From Actinomycetes bacterium (GTDB lineage: Bacteria; Actinomycetota; Acidimicrobiia; Acidimicrobiales; JAMCPL01), in assembly GCA_021846725.1 (NCBI GenBank), contig JAJZWK010000001.1:1-51847 (forward strand): DNA of 51,847 nucleotides, read 5' to 3'. The position numbers and the translations under genes were made by a program. The notes beneath the pieces were generated by a model. The model saw only the letters and a list, made by a program, of their open reading frames with translations, was not told the origin of the DNA and ran no database searches. Positions 45,641-51,847 of the stretch are shown here, in pieces. Every line of letters starts with the position of its first letter. Position 1 is the stretch's first letter.

Positions 45641-46009
45641 TTGTTTGCTGAACAGAAAGTAAGGGCAATCAGGGGAGCTACGACGGTAGAAAAAGATACC
45701 AAAGAACAGGTTACTAAACGTACCCAGGAGTTGGTAGCCAAAATCTTGGAAGCAAATGATATAGCTACCGACAATATAATAAGTGTCATATTTACCGCAA
45801 CTGATGACATAAAATCCATGTTCCCAGCTACCGCAGGTCGTGCAATGGGTCTTGAAGGAGTCCCTCTCCTGTGCGCCAGAGAGCTGGATATCCAGGGTTC
45901 GCTAGCGTTGTGTATCCGGGTACTCATGCATGTATATACGACCAAGAGACCGGATGAAATCAAACATGTCTACCTAGAGGACGCTATCGTGTTGCGAGGA
46001 GACTTGTAG
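45641..46009 (+). CDS. aroH: Chorismate mutase, AroH class
   Basis: VRAIRGATTVEKDTKEQV near the N-terminus, a size of about 120 aa, and a TTG start with a GGAGAG RBS 8 nt upstream support the call. Confidence 0.85.
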   Translation: MFAEQKVRAIRGATTVEKDTKEQVTKRTQELVAKILEANDIATDNIISVIFTATDDIKSMFPATAGRAMGLEGVPLLCARELDIQGSLALCIRVLMHVYTTKRPDEIKHVYLEDAIVLRGDL

Positions 46010-46019
46010 AGTTATAGAG

Positions 46020-47396
46020 ATGAAAGCACTGAAAACATATGATGGCACGATGGAGGTTACATCAGGCACCTCTATACATGGAAATTTGTCTGTTCCGGGA
46101 GACAAGTCAATATCACACAGAGCAATAATGGTAGCATCACTTGCTCCAGGTAAGTCACTTTTACGTGGACTTCCGGATGGCGACGATGTTGCCCGCACTG
46201 TGCACAGCGTAGAGAAAATTGGGGTAGGGGTAAATCAAGATCTGACCCAACCCAAGAATAATCTGCCCCAGAACAAGAATATAGTGATAGAAGGTGGCCG
46301 AGATAGAATGCACCCTCCATCATCACCTCTAGACATGGGTAACTCAGGGACGGGTATGAGACTAATGGTCGGTCTACTCTCCGGATTCCCGTGGACAGTT
46401 GAATTTATTGGAGATCAGTCACTGTCCAAGCGCCCTATGGATCGTATAGCTATCCCGTTGGGAAAAATGGGCGCAGTAGTAACCGGCCATGGTGAAGTAG
46501 GGAATAAATGCCATCCACCGCTTGTAGTAGTTGGAGGTCATCTGCATGGTATCGACTATGCGCCTCCAGAGCCAAGCGCTCAGGTGAAAGCGGCTATTCT
46601 TTTTGCGGGACTCTCTGCCGAGGGTACCACTACCGTAAGAGAACATGTACCGACCAGGAAACATACTGAAGAAATCTTCAAGATCGCTGGCATCCCTGTA
46701 CACATAGATGGCAATTCTTCCCTAGAAACACCAGATAATATCTATACGGTAAGTGTAAATGCAGCGGAACCGTCTCCATTTATCATTGACATTCCAGGTG
46801 ATCCATCTCAGGCAGCATTTTTCATCGTTGCAGCATTGATTGTACCAGGAAGCGAGATATATGTGGGTCCTATCTATCTCGGACAGGACAGAACAGGATT
46901 TATAGAGGCACTGAAACGCATGGGAGCAGACCTTACTATAAATACAACTGGAGATGAAGTCATTCCATTGGGGTATATAAAAGCAAGCTACAGTAGGCTG
47001 AATGCAATTAAAATTTCATCCGAGGAAATAGCCTCTCTCATAGATGAAGTGCCGATACTGGCAGTAGCAGCTGCAGTTGCAGAGGGAGTATCGGTATTCG
47101 AAGGATTAAATGAACTCAGGATAAAGGAATCGAACAGGCTGGAAGGTACAGCTAAGCTAGTGAACTCCTTTGGAGGCAATGCCCATGTGGAAGGCGATAA
47201 TCTGATTATTAATGGTACAAAGAACCTAAGGGGAGGAGAGGTAGACGCGCATGGCGATCACAGGGTTGCCATGGCAGCTACAGTTGCAGGGTTAACTGCT
47301 ATTCCTGGAGATCACAGTATTATTACTGGGTATAAGTCTATTGATTCCAGTTACCCAGGATTCATAAATGATCTTTCCAGCGTGCTCGAGGACTGA
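46020..47396 (+). CDS. aroA: 3-phosphoshikimate 1-carboxyvinyltransferase (EPSP synthase)
   Basis: LSVPGDKSISHRAIM, GNSGTGMRL, LSKRPMDR, and RIKESNRL are present. Confidence 0.93.
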   Translation: MKALKTYDGTMEVTSGTSIHGNLSVPGDKSISHRAIMVASLAPGKSLLRGLPDGDDVARTVHSVEKIGVGVNQDLTQPKNNLPQNKNIVIEGGRDRMHPPSSPLDMGNSGTGMRLMVGLLSGFPWTVEFIGDQSLSKRPMDRIAIPLGKMGAVVTGHGEVGNKCHPPLVVVGGHLHGIDYAPPEPSAQVKAAILFAGLSAEGTTTVREHVPTRKHTEEIFKIAGIPVHIDGNSSLETPDNIYTVSVNAAEPSPFIIDIPGDPSQAAFFIVAALIVPGSEIYVGPIYLGQDRTGFIEALKRMGADLTINTTGDEVIPLGYIKASYSRLNAIKISSEEIASLIDEVPILAVAAAVAEGVSVFEGLNELRIKESNRLEGTAKLVNSFGGNAHVEGDNLIINGTKNLRGGEVDAHGDHRVAMAATVAGLTAIPGDHSIITGYKSIDSSYPGFINDLSSVLED

Positions 47397-47479
47397 TTTC
47401 AGTAAGTTATTGGAAACGACATATCGGTATTGCAGCTACATTATGTATATTAAGACCGATTCTAGCGATTCTAGCCGAC

Positions 47480-48247
47480 TTGGAGAATAGATTGGGACCA
47501 ATTATTGCAATAGATGGTACAGCAGGGTCAGGAAAATCGACGCTCGCGAAATCATTGGGAAAGATACTTGGACTCCATGTACTGGATACGGGGGCTATGT
47601 ACAGAGCTGCTGCTCTGAAAGTACTTTCTGTAATGGGTGAAGAACGGCCAGAAACCCTGACCAAAGTACCTGACGATGAGTCTTGGAGTCTGCAGGTGGC
47701 TGAAATCGTAAAAGAATCTGTCATAGTCATAGAAGATAGAGTTAGCCTTGATGGACAAGACGTAACAAAGGAGATAAGGACCGATCGGGTAGACAGGTTC
47801 GTCTCTTTTGTAGCAAGTATACCGGCAGTTAGAGAAGACCTTGTCTCCAGACAGCGCCAGTGGATAGCCATACACAACGGGGGAGTGGTAGAGGGAAGGG
47901 ATATTGGAACCGTAGTATGTCCCAATGCAGATTTGAAAGTATATCTGACAGCATCTATTGAGGCAAGAGCAGAGAGGCGAGCAGCAGAAAGAGCTACTGG
48001 CGAAAGAGCCGAACTAGAAAGTATGATAGATAGGCGTGATGCATTGGATATGAATAGATCTACAGGAGCGTTGCCCTCCTTAGAGCTTGTTGCTTCAGCC
48101 GAATCGAATGGAAGAGATGACATAATAGTCATAGATTCCACTGAGTACAACGCATCTGATGTACTGAGCAGAGTGCTTACTCGCTTGGAGACGATAGGAA
48201 TCCATCCACCCTCCAGACAGATGAGGTATAGTACAGATGAGATATAA
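47480..48247 (+). CDS. cmk: Cytidylate kinase
   Basis: IAIDGTAGSGKSTLAK, LDTGAMYRA and GRDIGTVV are present. TTG start. Confidence 0.9.
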   Translation: MENRLGPIIAIDGTAGSGKSTLAKSLGKILGLHVLDTGAMYRAAALKVLSVMGEERPETLTKVPDDESWSLQVAEIVKESVIVIEDRVSLDGQDVTKEIRTDRVDRFVSFVASIPAVREDLVSRQRQWIAIHNGGVVEGRDIGTVVCPNADLKVYLTASIEARAERRAAERATGERAELESMIDRRDALDMNRSTGALPSLELVASAESNGRDDIIVIDSTEYNASDVLSRVLTRLETIGIHPPSRQMRYSTDEI

Positions 48248-48923
48248 CGCTACACCATACGAACTGGATGCAATTGGAGCGTCGGTGCCATGGTGGGTTT
48301 ACGCGGCGGCGCGCTGGCTGGCGCACCAAATAAATAAATATATGTGGCATGTAGAGGTTCACGGTAGATTTAATATCCCGACCACAGGACCGGTGATTAT
48401 AGCTCCTGTGCATAGGAGTTTTATAGACTTTTTCATAGCCTCAGAGGTAACCAATCGACCCATAGCATTTATGGCCAAAGATGAATTATGGAGATACAAG
48501 CTACCCGCCAAATTTCTTGAAGCATTTGGAGCTTTTCCAGTCAACCGTTCAGGAGTGGACCGTAAGGCACTAGAGAGAGCTGAATCAATCCTAAAATCCG
48601 GAGGAACATTGATCCTCTTCCCTGAAGGCACTCGTCGTAGCGGAAATACGGTAGGTAAATTGCATGAAGGTGCGGCATTTCTGGCTGCTAGAACCGGAGC
48701 AGTGATAATTCCTGTCGGGTTATCGGAGACCGAGCAGATAATGCCCAAAGGGTCCAAGATCCCTAAGAGAATGCCGGTCAAAATCGCCATCGGCAAGCCT
48801 GTACGTGCACCCGACACGTCGTCATCAAAGCGTGTCCGTAAAAGTGAATTGGATAAGATTACCGCCGATGTCGAAGAATCCATGCAAGGCGCTTTCAACA
48901 CCGTAAACGACATAAGCAACTAA
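48237..48923 (+). CDS. plsC: 1-acyl-sn-glycerol-3-phosphate acyltransferase
   Basis: HRSFIDF (HX4D) and FPEGTRR are present. It overlaps the cmk 3' end by 11 nt. Confidence 0.85.
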   Translation: MRYNATPYELDAIGASVPWWVYAAARWLAHQINKYMWHVEVHGRFNIPTTGPVIIAPVHRSFIDFFIASEVTNRPIAFMAKDELWRYKLPAKFLEAFGAFPVNRSGVDRKALERAESILKSGGTLILFPEGTRRSGNTVGKLHEGAAFLAARTGAVIIPVGLSETEQIMPKGSKIPKRMPVKIAIGKPVRAPDTSSSKRVRKSELDKITADVEESMQGAFNTVNDISN

Positions 48924-48967
48924 GAGACGGTTCTACGACTCAGCAGCTATGGATCAGCAGTTGCAGC

Positions 48968-49792
48968 TCAGCGGTTGCGTAGTTCCCTGATCCAGGTATA
49001 CATAGTGACCTTTGCATAGTTCCATCCAAACCACACATTGTGCCCCTTCTTCGTCGTGCCAGATGCACGTGGATACCATGTTACTGGTCTGTCCTGTATC
49101 TTCCACCCATGCATAGCTGCTGCTATAACTACCTCTGCTGTCTGGTACTGTGGCTGTTCCAGGGTAATATCTTTAAGCAAATCCGCCCTGATCGCCCTAT
49201 AGCCATTGGATGTATCAGTCAACTTAGTATGCGCCATCATGCTGATCAACTTGCCAAAAAATACAACACCCGCTTTCCTCATCTTGTCGACGGTGTTGTC
49301 CGTCCCAAGTCTACGGCTCCCTATTACCAGGTCAGCCTCACCTGAGACAACAGGCTCCAATAGTATATCCATCTCTTTAGGATCATTTTGCCCATCTGCA
49401 TCCAGAGTAACTACATACTTTGCACCGTATTGCGTAACCAGACGGTAGCCTACCTTGAGTGCAATACCATGACCGAGGTTGACCGGAAATACACAGCAAT
49501 ACATATCCTTTCCGTGCCTAGGGTGCTTCTTGACTATGTCCTCTGTAGCATCGTCTCCGCCATCAACCACGACCAACGTGGTAACCGGGAATCCACACGA
49601 TCTCTGTGGAATATCGTCGATAACCTTTCCTATATTGCCCTCTTCTTCATATGCTGCGATAAGAGCAACAACTGGGCTAAAAGATGGTTCAGGATAGCGA
49701 TCATGAAAATCAGCTACAGCTAGATTCTGCACCAGTTCTGTCGGAGTAGATGGTTTACCTATTGCTTTGAAATCGCTATTGCCGTTCTTCAT
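48968..49792 (-). CDS. Family 2 glycosyltransferase (polyprenyl-phosphate sugar transferase-like)
   Basis: VVALIAAYEEEGNIGKVI, VVDGGDDATEDI, and LDADGQNDP (DxD) are present. Confidence 0.8.
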   Translation of the reverse strand: MKNGNSDFKAIGKPSTPTELVQNLAVADFHDRYPEPSFSPVVALIAAYEEEGNIGKVIDDIPQRSCGFPVTTLVVVDGGDDATEDIVKKHPRHGKDMYCCVFPVNLGHGIALKVGYRLVTQYGAKYVVTLDADGQNDPKEMDILLEPVVSGEADLVIGSRRLGTDNTVDKMRKAGVVFFGKLISMMAHTKLTDTSNGYRAIRADLLKDITLEQPQYQTAEVVIAAAMHGWKIQDRPVTWYPRASGTTKKGHNVWFGWNYAKVTMYTWIRELRNR

Positions 49793-49992
49793 TGTAACAA
49801 CGTTAGCCTACCCCACACCTTAGAACAAAGCATGGCAAACAAAATCTTAAGTTTCGATTGCGTATCGGAAGACGTATCGGAAGAGTTGCTACCGTTGATT
49901 TCCTCTCCACGACTAAAGACAAGTATTCAGATTCCAGATCGACAGATTTACACAGTGCAGATAGGTCAGACATGTACCAGGTTGCTCACTTG

Positions 49993-51138
49993 CTAAGAGA
50001 GTTCTTCGAGCATCTGGGCGGCACTGGTGGTCCTGTCGCTTACCTTGTCTTTTAGCAAGGTTCTCAATTCAGGAGGCGGTGGAAAGTATTCATCTTCCTC
50101 GGTAACTACCAATTGCTCCACTCCATTGACAGGTGATAGAGCAGAGATCACCTCTTGGACAAGATACTCAGGAGCCGATGCTCCGGCGGTAATCCCAATA
50201 ATGCCTTCGAGGTCATTGGGTAGCTCTCCTGCATGATTAATTCTAAGTACCCGATGCAATCGACCGGAGCCGCTTTTATCTTTGGTAGAAGATAGTGAGG
50301 TAGAAGATAGTGAGGTAGAAGATAGTGAGCCATCCTCAGGAGATACAGCTGCCTGAGCCTGTGCTACCTTAACGAGAGCCTGAGTATTGGAAGAGTTTGC
50401 AGAGCCGATAACTATTACAGAATCGCAGCTACGTACTAATTGTTTTAACGCAGACTGCCTGTTGGTGGTGGCAAAACAGAGATCAGACCGATCAGGCAAC
50501 CAGACATTGGGGAATTTGTCTACTACATAGTCCATTATGTCTTTCCAATCATCCTGGCTCAAGGTAGTCTGTGCTAAAAGAGCGACTGGGGTACTTATAC
50601 CTATCTTTTTTGCTACCTCATCTACATCTGCAACCGTAGTAACCAGATGTACCGCATCCGGTGCTACCGCCATAGTACCGACCGCCTCTTCATGGCCGGT
50701 GTGTCCGACATAAATAATTTGATATCCCTTGGATGAGCGCACCTTCACTTCATGATGTACCTTAGTGACAAGTGGACAAACCGCATCTACTACGAATCTG
50801 TTCTTTTCTCTGGCTTGTCTTACTATCTCTGGGGCTGCACCATGAGCGGAGAGCACAAGAGGTACATTGGGAGGTACCTGCGCTATGTCTTCGACAAACA
50901 CCACACCAAGAGATTCAAAACGTTCCACTACTTGCCTATTATGGACTATCTCATGATAACAGTAGATTGGTGGATCGAATGATCTTACCATCCATGCCAG
51001 CGCTTTTATTGCCTTTTCCACCCCTGCACAAAAGCCGCGCGGAGATGCAACAATTACCTTGTCTACCTTCGATGTGGCATATGATACGGCATCCCCACCA
51101 AAGCTGGAACCTGGAACCTGCTCTCCTACTCTGTTCAC
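49993..51138 (-). CDS. ispH: 4-hydroxy-3-methylbut-2-enyl diphosphate reductase
   Basis: SPRGFCAGVEKAI, HEIVHN, SAHG, CPLVTKVH, GHTGHEE, and ATTNRQ are present. A Ser/Thr-rich insert lies before the last conserved block. Confidence 0.92.
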   Translation of the reverse strand: MNRVGEQVPGSSFGGDAVSYATSKVDKVIVASPRGFCAGVEKAIKALAWMVRSFDPPIYCYHEIVHNRQVVERFESLGVVFVEDIAQVPPNVPLVLSAHGAAPEIVRQAREKNRFVVDAVCPLVTKVHHEVKVRSSKGYQIIYVGHTGHEEAVGTMAVAPDAVHLVTTVADVDEVAKKIGISTPVALLAQTTLSQDDWKDIMDYVVDKFPNVWLPDRSDLCFATTNRQSALKQLVRSCDSVIVIGSANSSNTQALVKVAQAQAAVSPEDGSLSSTSLSSTSLSSTKDKSGSGRLHRVLRINHAGELPNDLEGIIGITAGASAPEYLVQEVISALSPVNGVEQLVVTEEDEYFPPPPELRTLLKDKVSDRTTSAAQMLEELS

Positions 51139-51209
51139 AATGCCCTGCTCAGATTGACCCTACTACGTACGTTCACTCTAATTAATAATAATCTGGCCTG
51201 ACAATGACT

Positions 51210-51236
51210 GGGTTTCAGGGTTTCAGGGTTTCAGGG
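51210..51236. repeat. (GGGTTTCA)x3 tandem octamer
   Basis: Read directly from the sequence, in the divergent intergenic region between ispH and the GT28-like gene. Confidence 0.9.
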
Positions 51237-51446
51237 TGTAGCCTACTGGAAACGGATAAAAGATGAACAACGAGCGGTAGACTGACACAATTACCGATAT
51301 TTTAGGTATTTTAGGCGAAAATACTCTGTCCGTAATGAAGGGATAGCTTATGGAAATTTAGAGCGCTCTCTCTAAATAGCCTTTGTATTCTGGCAATCTC
51401 TATATATTATAGGTTAAAATTCATCCATGGATTGGCGCTATAGAAG

Positions 51447-51847
51447 ATGAAAACGTTGATTCTCACTGGCTCGGCAGGAAGTGGCCACCACTCTGTAGCA
51501 GATGCTTACAGCAATGCTCTGAGTTCTATAGGAATGGATGTTCGTATAGAAGACAGCCTTAAGATGCTCGGTCACAAGGAATATATTGCCGGTCAACTCA
51601 TGTACAAATTTACGCTGAGATACCAGGGAATATTTGATGCATATCATTTCTCTCAGATGCGTGCTGGAGGTAGTCTTGGGTTTGCTGCTGACAGGGCATC
51701 AGCCCGTAAAGCCGGACATACGCTGAAACCGTTTATCGATTGGCTTGGTAATGGTATGATACTCTCTGTATTTGCCACCGGCTCTGCTGCCGCAGGTCTG
51801 TTACGGACAGAAAACAACAGCATCCGAACGGTAGCATCTGTCACCGA
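51447..51847 (+). CDS. GT28-type glycosyltransferase (MGDG-synthase/UgtP-like N-terminal domain), 3' end runs off the window
   Basis: Not in the ORF track because there is no stop in the window. My translation from ATG 51447 reads MKTLILTGSAGSGHHSVADAYSNALSSIGMDVRIEDSLKMLGHKEYIAGQLMYKFTLRYQGIFDAYH... The G-rich loop GSAGSGHHS is typical of the family. Confidence 0.55.
   Translation, partial: MKTLILTGSAGSGHHSVADAYSNALSSIGMDVRIEDSLKMLGHKEYIAGQLMYKFTLRYQGIFDAYHFSQMRAGGSLGFAADRASARKAGHTLKPFIDWLGNGMILSVFATGSAAAGLLRTENNSIRTVASVT

Overview
This 51.8-kb window looks like core chromosome of an actinobacterium-like organism with moderate GC (judged by eye). The gene order HAD phosphatase-tlyA-nadK-recN-pyrG-NUDIX-xerD ... 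scpA-scpB-rluB ... cmk resembles, from memory, the mycobacterial Rv1692-Rv1713 block. I support about 50 CDS. They include xseAB, def, a thiO-thiS-thiG-thiD operon, gltBD, a MerR gene followed by gcvT-gcvPA-gcvPB, a two-component pair, der, two MFS transporters, an ECF sigma factor, msrB, trpS, aroH-aroA, plsC, a GT2 and ispH. Two partial genes at the window edges are missing from the ORF track. I saw no tRNA, rRNA, transposase, cas genes, prophage or defence island, and I did not find a convincing new multi-gene system. What stands out is smaller in scale. (1) XseB carries a 67-aa acidic tail with five D-[DE]-E-P-[FLP] motifs, ending in DDEPF like an SSB C-terminal tip. (2) A single polypeptide fuses an ECF sigma factor to a complete RsrA-type zinc anti-sigma (ZAS) motif, next to a DUF2892 gene and msrB. 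(3) thiO and tlyA each encode conserved N-terminal motifs upstream of any ATG/GTG/TTG, which implies ATT/ATA/ATC (or CTG) initiation. (4) A dispersed intergenic element of about 70-90 nt is present in three to four copies at two loci, each locus also holding a 37-nt repeat pair with a 72-73-nt period. (5) The gcvT leader lacks glycine-riboswitch motifs, has mutually exclusive pairings, and duplicates the gcvT start context to create a 16-codon uORF. (6) Short tandem repeats are unusually frequent, in frame inside housekeeping enzymes and as 5-, 8- and 25-nt arrays between genes. All functional calls come from reading motifs in the translations; no database search was run.
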